A stretch of DNA of 64,000 bases from an uncultured delta proteobacterium (GCA_963832165.1 CAWHTE010000007.1:128001-192000), one strand, 5' to 3'; shown: positions 45,784 through 55,724, counted from the first letter of the stretch. Notes: generated from the sequence alone by a model not told the origin. Made by a program: numbers and translations.

Positions 45784-46271
45784 CAGGTGTTCTCCTTGAT
45801 CTTCTCGTAGGGCACGTCCGGCTCGTCGATCGGCTCGAAGTACTCGATGCTCGCGACCGTCGGGGCCAGCTTGTCGTCGGCGACCCACTTCGCCTGGACG
45901 CGCATCCCGATCCGCACCTTGTCGAGCGGACAGTTCTGGAGCACGTGGAAGAATCCGATCGCCGCGCCGTCGAGCAGCACGTTCACGGCCACGTAGGGCA
46001 GATCGAACTTGATGTTCTCGGACGGCACGCGAATCACCGAGTAGGTCACCACGGTGCCCTTGTCCGACACCTCGACCGCTTCCTGAGCGAGCTCGGAAGT
46101 GCGCGGGTCGGCGCCGCGCGGCGGAACGAGCACGGGCTGTCCGGGCCCCGTGCGCGCGCCGACGATCTTCTTCCTCGCGAGGCCGCGCAGGAACAGCGTC
46201 GCGGCCTGTCCGGCCGTGAAGTCGTACTCGAGGCGGACCGGTGTGACGATCGACTTGATCGGGTCGCTCAT
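45783..46271 (-). CDS. DUF35/OB-fold protein (resembles the C-terminal half of Rv3521-type proteins)
   Basis: FLRGLARKKIVG, VPPRGADP, GTVVTYS, IGMRVQAKW, YFEP. Confidence 0.8.
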   Translation of the reverse strand: MSDPIKSIVTPVRLEYDFTAGQAATLFLRGLARKKIVGARTGPGQPVLVPPRGADPRTSELAQEAVEVSDKGTVVTYSVIRVPSENIKFDLPYVAVNVLLDGAAIGFFHVLQNCPLDKVRIGMRVQAKWVADDKLAPTVASIEYFEPIDEPDVPYEKIKENT

Positions 46272-46717
46272 TTCTTCTCCAGATCGAAACAGACCACGTC
46301 GTTGATGCCGCCCTTGGGCTCGTTCGCCCAGCGCGGGACGACGCGCGTGCCGACGGCGAGCTTCGACTCTTCGCGCGCGTCGACGGCGTGCAGCATCGGT
46401 ACGTCGGCGCCGTCGAGCTTGATCAGCGCGTACGCGAACGGATGTTGCAGCGGCTGCTTCTTGCGCGGCTTCGAGACCCAGGACCACGAAACGACCTGGC
46501 CTCCCGGACCCACCGGCACCCACTCCGAGATCGTTTCACCCGAGTTCGGGTCGTACTCCTGCGGCGGCACGAGCACGCGGCCGTCGCGCGCCTTGATCCC
46601 CTCGAACTGGCGATCGCGCAGGCTCGTGAAGAAGCGCGACAGCACGGGACCCAGCGAGCGCTTGTAGGGATACTCGAGAACGTGCGGCCCGCGCAGCACG
46701 TCGGGGGGTTGGGCCAT
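46268..46717 (-). CDS. DUF35/OB-fold protein (resembles the N-terminal half of Rv3521-type proteins)
   Basis: YKRSLGPVLSRFFTSLR, DGRVLVPPQEYDP, QPLQHPFAYALIKLDGAD. Confidence 0.82.
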   Translation of the reverse strand: MAQPPDVLRGPHVLEYPYKRSLGPVLSRFFTSLRDRQFEGIKARDGRVLVPPQEYDPNSGETISEWVPVGPGGQVVSWSWVSKPRKKQPLQHPFAYALIKLDGADVPMLHAVDAREESKLAVGTRVVPRWANEPKGGINDVVCFDLEKK

Positions 46718-46798
46718 GTCCGACTCCGTCAGGGTTGGGGGGCACAGGTCGGCCACCGACGGAACACCGTCGGGGCGGCCACGCTAGCACGAACGTTC

Positions 46799-47974
46799 CT
46801 AGATGGGCCGCACCAGCGACATGCCGTTGTCGCGCATCACGAGGCGCTTCTCGCTCGCGGAATAGCCCTCGAGATCGGCCACGAACTCGGTCGGCTCGGC
46901 GAGCCCCTCGGCGTGCGGAAAATCCGAACCGAACAACACGTGATCGGCGCCGATCAGGTCGCGCAGGTTCGGCAGGTCGTCTTCGTAGTAGGGCGCCACC
47001 CAGACGTGCTTGCGGAACGCCTCCACCGGATCCTGTCGGAACGCGAACGGCATCTGACCGTAGGCTTTCTTGAATCGGCTGATCAGCGGTGCGACCCACG
47101 AGCTGCCGGTCTCGATCGTCGCGACGCGCAGGCGGGGGTGGCGATCGAACAGCCCGCCGCACACGAGCGCGGCCATCGTGTCCATGATCGGCGCGGGCGA
47201 CATGCACAGGCGCAGCGGATTGAAGTCGAACGACTGGAAGTCGCCGGCGAGTCCCCACGCTTCGAAGAAGCGCAGGTAGCCCGAGTCGCCCGAGTGATAG
47301 GCAGCCGTGATGCCGGCTTCCGCCACGCGCGACCAGAACGGATCGAAGCGCTCTTCGGCGGGCGAGTGGCCGCCAGCCGGAGTCTCGATCGGACCCGCGC
47401 GCATCACGATCGCGCGTGCGTCGTGCTCGAGCGCCCATTCGAGCTCGCGCACCGCATTGTCGACGTCGACGAGCGTGATGTAGGGCGCCGAGTACAGGCG
47501 CTCCTTGTATGCGAAGCCCCAGTCCTCGTGCAGCCAGCGGTTGAAGGCGCGAAACGCCGCGCACAGCGCCTCGGGATCGCGGACCAGCGACTCCTCCATG
47601 CCGACGCCGAGCGTCGGGAACATGAACATCCCCTCGAGTCCCTGACTGTCCATGAGTGCGATGCGCGCGTCGCGATTGCGATAGGCGGGGTTGATCGGCT
47701 CGAGGTCGCCGAACACCTCGCGGATGCTCTTGCCGTCGGGATTGCGCCCGCGGAAGTACTGATCGAGGCAACCCGGCTTCGCGACCGGATCGAACGTCGG
47801 ATTCGGGATGAAGCGATTGATCTTGCCGCCCACGAGCAGGCTCTTGCGGCCGTTCACGACGCCCCACTGCATCGCGCGTCGTTGCATCTTCGGCTCGATG
47901 TGGCGCGTGAAGGCGTCTTCGGCCTCGTAGTAGTGGTTGTCTGCGTCGAAAGCCGGAAAGTCGATGTGCGACAT
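46799..47974 (-). CDS. Amidohydrolase_2 family protein
   Basis: DADNHYYE, FPTLG, YHSGD, VLFGSDFPHAEG. Confidence 0.9.
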   Translation of the reverse strand: MSHIDFPAFDADNHYYEAEDAFTRHIEPKMQRRAMQWGVVNGRKSLLVGGKINRFIPNPTFDPVAKPGCLDQYFRGRNPDGKSIREVFGDLEPINPAYRNRDARIALMDSQGLEGMFMFPTLGVGMEESLVRDPEALCAAFRAFNRWLHEDWGFAYKERLYSAPYITLVDVDNAVRELEWALEHDARAIVMRAGPIETPAGGHSPAEERFDPFWSRVAEAGITAAYHSGDSGYLRFFEAWGLAGDFQSFDFNPLRLCMSPAPIMDTMAALVCGGLFDRHPRLRVATIETGSSWVAPLISRFKKAYGQMPFAFRQDPVEAFRKHVWVAPYYEDDLPNLRDLIGADHVLFGSDFPHAEGLAEPTEFVADLEGYSASEKRLVMRDNGMSLVRPI

Positions 47975-48065
47975 CGCGGTGTTCGTCCTCTCGCGCGGTG
48001 CGGGCCATCGGGTCCCGCTCGCCTTGACTCGTGATTCGGTTCTGGAATACTACCATTCGTATTTC

Positions 48066-48079
48066 TGAACTGCAATTCA
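48066..48079. promoter_or_regulatory. Palindromic operator candidate for the divergent TetR
   Basis: tgaactgcaattca (near-perfect palindrome); related gaatactaccattc at 48045-48058; TTGACT at 48024. Confidence 0.5.
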
Positions 48080-48103
48080 TCCGAACGCACGAGGGGGAGT
48101 CCG

Positions 48104-48796
48104 ATGCCGGTCCAGGCGCGTGCGAAGGCAAGGAGGCCGACCTCCGGGTCGGCCGACGCGCAGCGAGCCGAAGGCGAGCGAAGGCGGGCCCCTGCACAAG
48201 AGAAGATTCGCCAGGCCCGCCACGGGGCCTACCGGGACCTGATCCTCGAGGCCGCGCAAGAGGTTTTCGCCGAGAAGGGCTACGCCGAGTCGAAGGTCGC
48301 CGACATCGCCCAGGCCGCGGGCGTCGCGACCGGCACGGTCTACGCGATCTTCCCGGGCAAGCAGGACCTCTACCGCGCGATCCACCGCGAGAACCTCGAG
48401 GAGCTCGCGCGCCGCTACGCCGCGATCCCTGCCCGCAGCTCGGTGCGCGAGACGCTGCTCTCGCGCAGCGAGATGTCCACGCGCTTTCTCACGTCGCGCC
48501 CCAACTATCTGCGCATCTATCTGCGCGAGGCCGAGCGCTGGGGCTTCGACCCGAGCGAGCTCCCCAGCGATGCCGCGGCGTTCGTGGATCTCCCGCTCTT
48601 CGAGCGCGGCGTCGCGAACGGCGAGCTCGTCGACGAGGCGCCGCAGCTGCTCCAGAGCCTCGTGCTCGCGAGCGGGCAGGTGCATCTGGCGCACTGGCTG
48701 CGCGGGGGCATGCGCGAAGATCCGGCTGCGCTCGTGGCGCGGATCCAGGCCTTCACGCGGCGCGCGATCTTCCGATCCGAGCCCGCGTCGAGCTGA
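48104..48796 (+). CDS. TetR/AcrR family regulator
   Basis: ILEAAQEVFAEKGY...VADIAQAAGVATGTVYAIFPGKQDL. Confidence 0.92.
   Translation: MPVQARAKARRPTSGSADAQRAEGERRRAPAQEKIRQARHGAYRDLILEAAQEVFAEKGYAESKVADIAQAAGVATGTVYAIFPGKQDLYRAIHRENLEELARRYAAIPARSSVRETLLSRSEMSTRFLTSRPNYLRIYLREAERWGFDPSELPSDAAAFVDLPLFERGVANGELVDEAPQLLQSLVLASGQVHLAHWLRGGMREDPAALVARIQAFTRRAIFRSEPASS
48157..48183 (+). repeat. 27-nt dispersed repeat, copy inside the tetR 5' region
   Basis: cgcgcagcgagccgaaggcgagcgaag, 26/27 identical to 62749-62775. Confidence 0.75.
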
Positions 48797-48814
48797 CGCG
48801 CGTGGCCTAGCCTC

Positions 48815-49945
48815 ATGGACTTCGCTCGCCCTCCGCTCGCTGCGCGAAACTTGCGCGCGCTCGTCGTCGGCGGCACGGGCCCCACCGGCCCGTTCATCGT
48901 GAACGGCCTGCGCGCGCGCGGCTATGCCACCGCGATCCTGCACCGCGGTACTCACGAGATCGACGAGATCCCCGCGGACGTCGAGCACATCCACGCCGAT
49001 CCCTACGACGGCGCCGCGCTCGATGCGGCGCTCGCGCAGCGCCGCTTCGACGTGGTGGTGGCGAGCTATGGGCGGCTGCGCGAGGTGGCGCGCGCGTGCG
49101 TCGGCCGGACGGAGCTCTTCGTGGGCGTGGGAGGCGTGCCGCTCTACCGCGGCTGGATGCGCCCCGAAGATCTCGCGCCGCGCGGGCTCGCCGTGCCCGT
49201 GCGCGAAGACGCACCGCAGGTCGAGAGCGCCGACGAGCTGCGCAAGGGATTCATGATCCGCCGCACCGAGGAGGCGGTGTTCGAGTATCACCCGCGCGCG
49301 GCGATGTTCCGCTATCCGACGGTCTACGGACCGCGCCAGCCTCTTCCGCTCGAGTGGTGCATCGTGCGCCGCGTGCTCGACGGCCGGCGCGCGATCGTGT
49401 TGCCCGACGGCGGGCTCACGCTCGCCACCGCGGGTTATTCGGAGAACCTCGCGCACGCGGTGCTCCTGGCCGTCGACCGGCCCGACGCCGCCGCAGGCCA
49501 GTCCTACAACTGCGGCGACGAGCACACGCTCACGCTGCGCCAGCGCGCCGAGACGATCGCGAGCATCCTCGGTCATCCGCTCGAGGTGATCGGCGTGCCG
49601 TCCGAGGTCGCGCTGCCCGCATGGCCGCTGCTCACGCACGAGGCCAGCGACCACCGTCTCATGGATCTCGGCAAGCTCCAGGGCGAGCTCGGCTATCGGG
49701 ACGCGGTGCCGACCCCGGAAGCGCTGCGGCGCACCGTGGACTGGCTCGTTGCGAACCGGCCCGAGCGGGGCGGCTTCACCGAGCAGCTGCTGGGCGATCC
49801 GTTCGACTACGACGCGGAGGACCAGCTCATCGCGGCCGCACGCGAAGGACTCGAGCGCCTGCGCGCGGTCCGCTATGCGCGCCCGCCGACGGGCGGCGCG
49901 TCGTACATCGCCGTCGCGGACCGCTCGTCGCAGCGCAAGAGCTAG
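48815..49945 (+). CDS. NAD-dependent epimerase/dehydratase (atypical SDR)
   Basis: VVGGTGPTG, FRYPTVYGPR, ENLAHAVLLAV, YNCGD. Confidence 0.85.
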   Translation: MDFARPPLAARNLRALVVGGTGPTGPFIVNGLRARGYATAILHRGTHEIDEIPADVEHIHADPYDGAALDAALAQRRFDVVVASYGRLREVARACVGRTELFVGVGGVPLYRGWMRPEDLAPRGLAVPVREDAPQVESADELRKGFMIRRTEEAVFEYHPRAAMFRYPTVYGPRQPLPLEWCIVRRVLDGRRAIVLPDGGLTLATAGYSENLAHAVLLAVDRPDAAAGQSYNCGDEHTLTLRQRAETIASILGHPLEVIGVPSEVALPAWPLLTHEASDHRLMDLGKLQGELGYRDAVPTPEALRRTVDWLVANRPERGGFTEQLLGDPFDYDAEDQLIAAAREGLERLRAVRYARPPTGGASYIAVADRSSQRKS

Positions 49946-51147
49946 GAAGGCCGGAGATCGCGCGGCAGTCCGAGCCCGCGCTCACCGATGATGTTGCGCT
50001 GGATGTTCGAAGCGCCACCGGCGATCGCGGGCCCGAGCGAATACATGTAGTTGTGCACGACTCCGCGCAGCGTTGCGGATTCGTCGTAGATGCTGTCGTT
50101 GGCGGCCTCGGGCTCGAGCAGGCCATCGCTGCCGAGCAGATCGAACGCCGCACACGCGATCTGCTTCATCACCTCGGTGGAGAAGAGCTTGATCATCATC
50201 ATCGGAAGCATCACCTGGAGCTCCTCACCGCGTGCTGACGCAGAGAGCATGCGCAGGTTGGTGGTCTCGCACGCGCGCACGGAGCACTCGATCTCGGCGA
50301 TGCGACGACGCACGACCGGATCCTCGATCGCGGGCCGGCCGCCGCGCACCGTGCTGCGCGCGATCTGCAGCAGCACTTCGAGCTGGCCGACCATCAGGCG
50401 CGGGTTGCCGATCAGATTGCGCTCGTGCCTGAGCGTCGCTCGCGAGATCGCCCATCCCTCGCCGCGCCGTCCGACGATGTTCTCGGCCGGCGTGCGCACG
50501 TCGTCGAAGAAGACTTCGTTGAACTCCATGCTGCCCGTCATCTGCTTGAGCGGCCGCACGTCGATGCCGGGCGCGTCCATCGGCACGAGCAGGTACGAGA
50601 TGCCCGCGTGTTTGCCCGCGCCGGCCTCGGTGCGGAACAGACCGAACATGTAGTCGGCATCGGCCGCATTGCTGGTCCAGATCTTCTGGCCGTTGATCAC
50701 CCAGTGATCGCCCTCGAGCCGCGCGCTCGTCTGCAGTGACGCGAGATCGCTGCCCGAGCCGGGCTCGCTGTAGCCCTGACACCAGCTCATTTCGCCCGCG
50801 AGCGTCGGCGGCACGAAGTGCCGCTTCTGCTCTTCGCTGCCGAACTCGAGCAGCGTGGGCACGAGCAGGCCGGGACCCTGGTCGAGGCGATTGCCCGGCG
50901 CGCCGCTGCGCGCGTACTCCTCCTGGATGACGCGGTCGATCAGCGGATCGCTGTCGTGTCCGGCGCCGCCGTACTCGGCGGGAATGCTCCGGTAGACGTA
51001 GCCGGCTTCGATGCCGCGCTTGCGGAAGATCCGCTCCTGATCCGCCGCGGGAAGCTCCGCCTCGGCACCGCGCAGCGGCCATCCGCTCAAGAACTCGCGC
51101 AGCTCGCCGCGAAACGCCTCGTAGCGCTCGCCGTAGGTGAGATCCAT
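49942..51147 (-). CDS. Acyl-CoA dehydrogenase (FAD-binding subunit of a heteromeric pair)
   Basis: WCQGYSEPGSGSDLASL, GQKIWTS, FNEVFFD, IAGGASNIQRNIIGER. Confidence 0.92.
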   Translation of the reverse strand: MDLTYGERYEAFRGELREFLSGWPLRGAEAELPAADQERIFRKRGIEAGYVYRSIPAEYGGAGHDSDPLIDRVIQEEYARSGAPGNRLDQGPGLLVPTLLEFGSEEQKRHFVPPTLAGEMSWCQGYSEPGSGSDLASLQTSARLEGDHWVINGQKIWTSNAADADYMFGLFRTEAGAGKHAGISYLLVPMDAPGIDVRPLKQMTGSMEFNEVFFDDVRTPAENIVGRRGEGWAISRATLRHERNLIGNPRLMVGQLEVLLQIARSTVRGGRPAIEDPVVRRRIAEIECSVRACETTNLRMLSASARGEELQVMLPMMMIKLFSTEVMKQIACAAFDLLGSDGLLEPEAANDSIYDESATLRGVVHNYMYSLGPAIAGGASNIQRNIIGERGLGLPRDLRPS

Positions 51148-52224
51148 CTACCAGTCTCCGAGTTCGGCGATGCGCGCGTAGTGGTGTTCGGGCGCTCCGC
51201 CCCAGATCCGGTCGAACATCGCGCGCTTGAACCAGATCTGGACGTCGCACTCCCAGGTGAACCCGAGTCCGCCGTGCAGCTCGACCGCCGCGCGCGCCAC
51301 CTCGCTCGCGCGTGCCGTGATGTGCGCCTTTGCGATCGCCGCCGCGCGCGGCGCCTCGGACGGGATCTGATCCCACGCATGAGCGGCATACCAGAACAGA
51401 CCGCGCGTGGGCTCGACCTGCGTCGCCATGTCGGCGAGCTGGTGCTTGACCGACTGGAACTGCGCGATCGGCGTTCCGAACTGTTGGCGCGCCTTCGCGT
51501 ACTCGGTGGTGATGCGCGTGAGGTGCCACGCGGCCCCGAATGCATCCGCGGCGAGCGCCACGAGCGCTGCGTCGCGCACGCGCGCGGCGGCAGCAGGAGC
51601 CCCAGCGAGCAGCTCCGCGGGCGTGCCGTCGAAGCCGAGCTCGGCGATCGGACGCGTGCGATCGGCGCCGCGCTCGTCCTCGATGCGCATGCCCGCTGCA
51701 CCGCGCTCGACCACCGCGAAGCGGCCGCCGCGCACTCCCACCACGACGAGATCCGCGACCACCGCGTGCGGAACGTGGCGCTTGACGCCGCGCAACGACT
51801 CACCCGCTTGGAGCGTCCAGGCCTCCGGGTCCCACACATCGCTCGACTCCGCGAGTGCGATCGTCGCGACCCGCTCGCCCGACGCGAGCGCAGGCAACCA
51901 GCGCCGCTGCTGCTCGTCGCTGCCCGCGAGCGCGAGCGCAAGGCACGCGAGGGAGTGGCCGAAGATCGGGCCCGGCAGCGCACTCGCGCCGAGCTCTTCC
52001 ATCACGAGCGCAAGCTCGAGCAAGCCGAGTCCTGCGCCGCCGAACGATTCGGGCACCGTGAGCCCCGCGATGCCGATCTCCGCGAGGCCCTTCCAGAGCG
52101 CGGGATCGTGCCCTGCGCCGCCGTCGAAGATCTCGCGCAGACGCGGCGCGGGACATTCGCCCGCGGCGAAACCGCGCACGGTCTCCTGGAGCAAGAGCTG
52201 CTCCTCGGTCAGGCCGAAGTGCAT
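51148..52224 (-). CDS. Acyl-CoA dehydrogenase (partner subunit)
   Basis: RQQFGTPIAQFQSVKH, LHGGLGFTWE; degenerate FAD motif; abuts the partner gene. Confidence 0.88.
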   Translation of the reverse strand: MHFGLTEEQLLLQETVRGFAAGECPAPRLREIFDGGAGHDPALWKGLAEIGIAGLTVPESFGGAGLGLLELALVMEELGASALPGPIFGHSLACLALALAGSDEQQRRWLPALASGERVATIALAESSDVWDPEAWTLQAGESLRGVKRHVPHAVVADLVVVGVRGGRFAVVERGAAGMRIEDERGADRTRPIAELGFDGTPAELLAGAPAAAARVRDAALVALAADAFGAAWHLTRITTEYAKARQQFGTPIAQFQSVKHQLADMATQVEPTRGLFWYAAHAWDQIPSEAPRAAAIAKAHITARASEVARAAVELHGGLGFTWECDVQIWFKRAMFDRIWGGAPEHHYARIAELGDW

Positions 52225-52265
52225 CCGATTCGATCTCCCGCGGACGGCGACGAAGGACGCCGAGT

Positions 52266-52305
52266 AGTAAGTCATCTTGACTATTTGGTCAAGCCGCCTT
52301 ACGGT
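52266..52305 (+). promoter_or_regulatory. marR promoter with overlapping palindromes
   Basis: TTGACT(52277)-17nt-TACGGT(52300); palindromes agtca-tct-tgact and cttgac-N6-gtcaag. Confidence 0.6.
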
Positions 52306-52311
52306 CGCCGC

Positions 52312-52830
52312 ATGGCTGAATCGCTCGCCGCATCGCCGCGCCGCAGCCGCAACCCCGACTTGATCGAGCGCTCACTCGCGGTGTTCGGGCGCCGCAACAT
52401 CGGCGTGCTGTTCCAGCACTTGTCGCGCGATTTCGAGCGCCGCGCGCGCGCCACGCTGCAGGCGCGCGGCCACACCGAACTCCTGCCCTCACACCAGGTG
52501 GTGTTCGCGAGCCTAGGCCGGGACGGCACGCGCCTCACGACACTCGCGCAGCACGCGGGTATGACGAAACAGGCAATGGGCCAGATCGTCGACGATCTCG
52601 AGCAGCTCGGATACGTCGAGCGGACTCCGGATCCCGAGGATGGGCGCGCCAAGATCGTGCGCTTCACCGCGGCGGGACTCGACTTCGTGTGCGACGCCGC
52701 CGAGGTGCTCGAGGAGATCTGGCGCGATTATTCGCGTCTGCTCGGCGAGAACGAGCTCGATCGGATCCAGGAGCAGCTGCACGAGCTGATGCGGGGCACG
52801 CGCCGCGATCCCCCGCCCAGCGAACGTTAG
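52312..52830 (+). CDS. MarR family regulator
   Basis: GTRLTTLAQHAGMTKQAMGQIVDDLEQLGYVERTPDPEDGRAKIVRFT. Confidence 0.92.
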   Translation: MAESLAASPRRSRNPDLIERSLAVFGRRNIGVLFQHLSRDFERRARATLQARGHTELLPSHQVVFASLGRDGTRLTTLAQHAGMTKQAMGQIVDDLEQLGYVERTPDPEDGRAKIVRFTAAGLDFVCDAAEVLEEIWRDYSRLLGENELDRIQEQLHELMRGTRRDPPPSER

Positions 52831-54467
52831 GCGGAGCTCGCAGCGATCACCGACGCCACGCGCTCGGGATCGACGCGCGTCATGAGGCTCTGGAACTTCC
52901 CGACCTCGCTGCCGAGCAGCGGTCGCGATGCTTCGTCCCAGCTCGGCGCGGCCGAGAGTCCGAACAGCGCGCGGCCGTCCGCGGCCAGGCGCGGCAGGAT
53001 CGGCGACAGATAGACGGCGATCTGGTGGAAGAGATTGAGCGCGACACTGCACACGTCGCGCAGCTCGTCCTGGGCATCGCCGCGCTTGCGCAGCGTCCAC
53101 GGCGCGCGCGCCTCCACGTACTCGTTGGCGCGATCCGCGAGCGCCATCACGAGCCGCGTGACCTTTCCGGTATCACAGGCCTCGTACGCGGCCGCGATCT
53201 CGTCGGAGAGACGCGCGCCCGCAGCGAACAGACCGCCGTCGTCCGGGTAGTCGGAGGCGAGTGGCTGGCCCTCGACGAAGCGCGCTGTGCGGCTCGCGAG
53301 GTTCACCACCTTTCCCACGAGGTCGGCGTTCACCTTCGCGACGAACTCGTCGAGGTGGAGATCCATGTCGGACGCGCCGCCGGACAGCTTGGTCGCGAAG
53401 TAGTAGCGGAGATAGTCGGGCGAGAGGTGCTCGAGATAGGTGCGCGCGAACACGAACGTGCCCTTGCGCTTGCTCATCTTCTCGCCGTTGACGGTGAGGA
53501 AGCCGTGCACGTGCACGCGCGTCGGCAGCGGTCGACCCCACGCCTCGAGCATCGCGGGCCAGAACAGCGTGTGGAAGTAGGCGATGTCCTTGCCGATGAA
53601 ATGGTGGATCTCGCAGTCGGGATTCCCCCACCAGCGCTCGAAATCCTCGCCCGTCTTCTCGCACCAATCCCAGGTCGAGCTCATGTATCCGACCGGCGCG
53701 TCGAGCCAGACATAGAAGTAGTGGCCCGGCGCATCGGGGATCTCGAAGCCGAAGTAGGGCGCGGGCCGCGACACGTCCCAATCGCGCAGCGCCTCGGCGA
53801 GAAATCCGTTCGCGAGCCAGTTGGCGGTCTCGGTCGGCATGCGGCCGGGCGCCTGCGTCCACTGCGCGAGAAAGTCGTGGAAGCGCTCGAGCACGACGAA
53901 GCAGTGCATCGCCGAGCGGAGCTCCGGGCGCGCGCCCGTGAGCGTGCTGACCGGATTCACGAGCTCCTCGGGACCGTAGACGGCGCCGCATACCTCGCAG
54001 TTGTCGCCGTACTGATCGGGCGATCCGCAGCGCGGGCAGTTCCCTTTCACGAACCGGTCGGCGAGGAAGATGCCCGCCTGCGCGTCGTAGAGCTGCGTGA
54101 CCTCGCGCTCGGTGACGTGGCCGCCCGCGCGCAGCGCAGCCCATACCTCGTTCACGAGCCGCTGGTTCGAAGGACTGTGCGTGCTGCCGTAGTGATCGTA
54201 GACGGCGCCGAAGTCGGCGAGGTCGCGCTCGTGCGCGCGGCGCACGTCTTCGAGCAACGCCTCCGGCTCGCGGCCCTCCTTCTGCGCGCGGATCATCGTT
54301 GCGGTGCCGTGTGTGTCGTCGCCGCAGAAGCTGCGCACCTCGTGGCCGCGCATGCGCTGGAAGCGCACCCAGATGTCGGTCTGGACGTGCTCGAGCAAAT
54401 GCCCCAGATGCAGATCCGTGTTCACGTAGGGCAGGGCGTTGGTGATGAGAATCTGGCGGCGCACCAT
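52827..54467 (-). CDS. metG: Methionine--tRNA ligase (short form)
   Basis: TNALPYVN, HLGH, DTHGT, Zn knuckles CPRC...CEVC, WDVSR, YVWLDA, HFIGKDI, KMSKR. Confidence 0.95.
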   Translation of the reverse strand: MVRRQILITNALPYVNTDLHLGHLLEHVQTDIWVRFQRMRGHEVRSFCGDDTHGTATMIRAQKEGREPEALLEDVRRAHERDLADFGAVYDHYGSTHSPSNQRLVNEVWAALRAGGHVTEREVTQLYDAQAGIFLADRFVKGNCPRCGSPDQYGDNCEVCGAVYGPEELVNPVSTLTGARPELRSAMHCFVVLERFHDFLAQWTQAPGRMPTETANWLANGFLAEALRDWDVSRPAPYFGFEIPDAPGHYFYVWLDAPVGYMSSTWDWCEKTGEDFERWWGNPDCEIHHFIGKDIAYFHTLFWPAMLEAWGRPLPTRVHVHGFLTVNGEKMSKRKGTFVFARTYLEHLSPDYLRYYFATKLSGGASDMDLHLDEFVAKVNADLVGKVVNLASRTARFVEGQPLASDYPDDGGLFAAGARLSDEIAAAYEACDTGKVTRLVMALADRANEYVEARAPWTLRKRGDAQDELRDVCSVALNLFHQIAVYLSPILPRLAADGRALFGLSAAPSWDEASRPLLGSEVGKFQSLMTRVDPERVASVIAASSA

Positions 54468-54528
54468 CGTGGGAACGGAGCGTATACTGTGCAGCGCCGC
54501 GGCGCCCCGCGAGTTTCGGAGGATCGCC

Positions 54529-55722
54529 ATGCCCACCCCCGACGCGATCGAGCGAGACTGGGTGATCGATTGCGACACCCACATCACCGAACCGCCCGAC
54601 GTCTGGACCGCACGACTCCCCGCAAAGTTTCTCGATCGCGCGCCGCACGTCGTGCACGACGAGGAGTTCGGCTGGGACGTGTGGCGAATCGGCGACTCGA
54701 AGTCGCTGCTCACGGTCGGTCACACCGCGGTGGCGGGCTGGCCGGAGCCGTTCCCGTCGGCGCCGCGCACGCTCGCCGAGGTACCGCGAGCGGCCTACGA
54801 CGCAAAGGCACGGCTCGAGTACATGGATTCGATCGGCATCTGGGCGATGGCGCTCTATCCGAACGTGGGCGGCTTCGGCAACGAATCGTTCCTGAAGCTC
54901 GGCGACCCCGAGCTCATGCTCGCGTGCGTAGAGGCCTACAACGATTTCCAGATCGACTGGATCAGCCCCGATCCGCGCCGCTTCATCCCGATCCTCGCGA
55001 CGCCGTTCTGGGACCCCGCGGCGTCTGCGCGCGAGATCGAGCGCAGCGCGGCTCGTGGGCACCGCGGCGTGCTGTTCACGGGCGAGCCGCAGAAGTTCGG
55101 CTTCCCGCCGCTCGCGGATCCGCACTGGGACCCGCTCTGGGCGGCGGCCCAGGACACCGGGCTCCCGGTCAGCTTCCACATCGGCAGCGGCAGCCTGGTC
55201 GAAGAGTTCACTCCCGAGCGCATGAAGGTCTACGGCATGGGCGCGCTCAACGCCAAGACCACCGTCGGCTTGTTCCTCGAGAACGGCAAGCAGCTCGTCG
55301 ACCTGTTGTTCTCGGGTGTGCTTGCGCGCTTCCCGAAGCTCCAAGTGGTATCGGTCGAGAGCGGGATCGGATTCATCCCGTTCGTTCTGGAAGCCGCCGA
55401 CTACGCGTTCGAGTACTCGAAGGTCCGGCGAGAGCGCCCGATCTTCGAGATGAAGCCGAGTGAGTACTTCCAGCGGCAGGTCTACGGCTGTTATTTCTTC
55501 GAGGAATTCGCTCCGCAGAGGCTGATCGATCGGATCGGCGTGGACCGGATCCTGTTCGAGACCGACTATCCGCACCCGGTCTGCCTGTACGGCAACGTGC
55601 GGGAGAAGATCGACGCGGGGCTCGCCGGAAAGTCGCACGAGGTGCGGCGTAAGCTCCTCTGGGAGAACGCTGCGAAGCTCTACCGGGTGCCGGAGCCGGA
55701 TCGCCCGGTACCGATCGCGTAG
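54529..55722 (+). CDS. Amidohydrolase_2 family protein
   Basis: DCDTHITEPPD, FHIG, VESGIG, FETDYPH. Confidence 0.9.
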   Translation: MPTPDAIERDWVIDCDTHITEPPDVWTARLPAKFLDRAPHVVHDEEFGWDVWRIGDSKSLLTVGHTAVAGWPEPFPSAPRTLAEVPRAAYDAKARLEYMDSIGIWAMALYPNVGGFGNESFLKLGDPELMLACVEAYNDFQIDWISPDPRRFIPILATPFWDPAASAREIERSAARGHRGVLFTGEPQKFGFPPLADPHWDPLWAAAQDTGLPVSFHIGSGSLVEEFTPERMKVYGMGALNAKTTVGLFLENGKQLVDLLFSGVLARFPKLQVVSVESGIGFIPFVLEAADYAFEYSKVRRERPIFEMKPSEYFQRQVYGCYFFEEFAPQRLIDRIGVDRILFETDYPHPVCLYGNVREKIDAGLAGKSHEVRRKLLWENAAKLYRVPEPDRPVPIA

Positions 55723-55724
55723 CG

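Noticed and set aside
45783..46717. Frameshift artefact splitting one DUF35 fusion gene
   Set aside because: The junction is a clean ATGA overlap with a GGAG RBS, consistent with two real genes.
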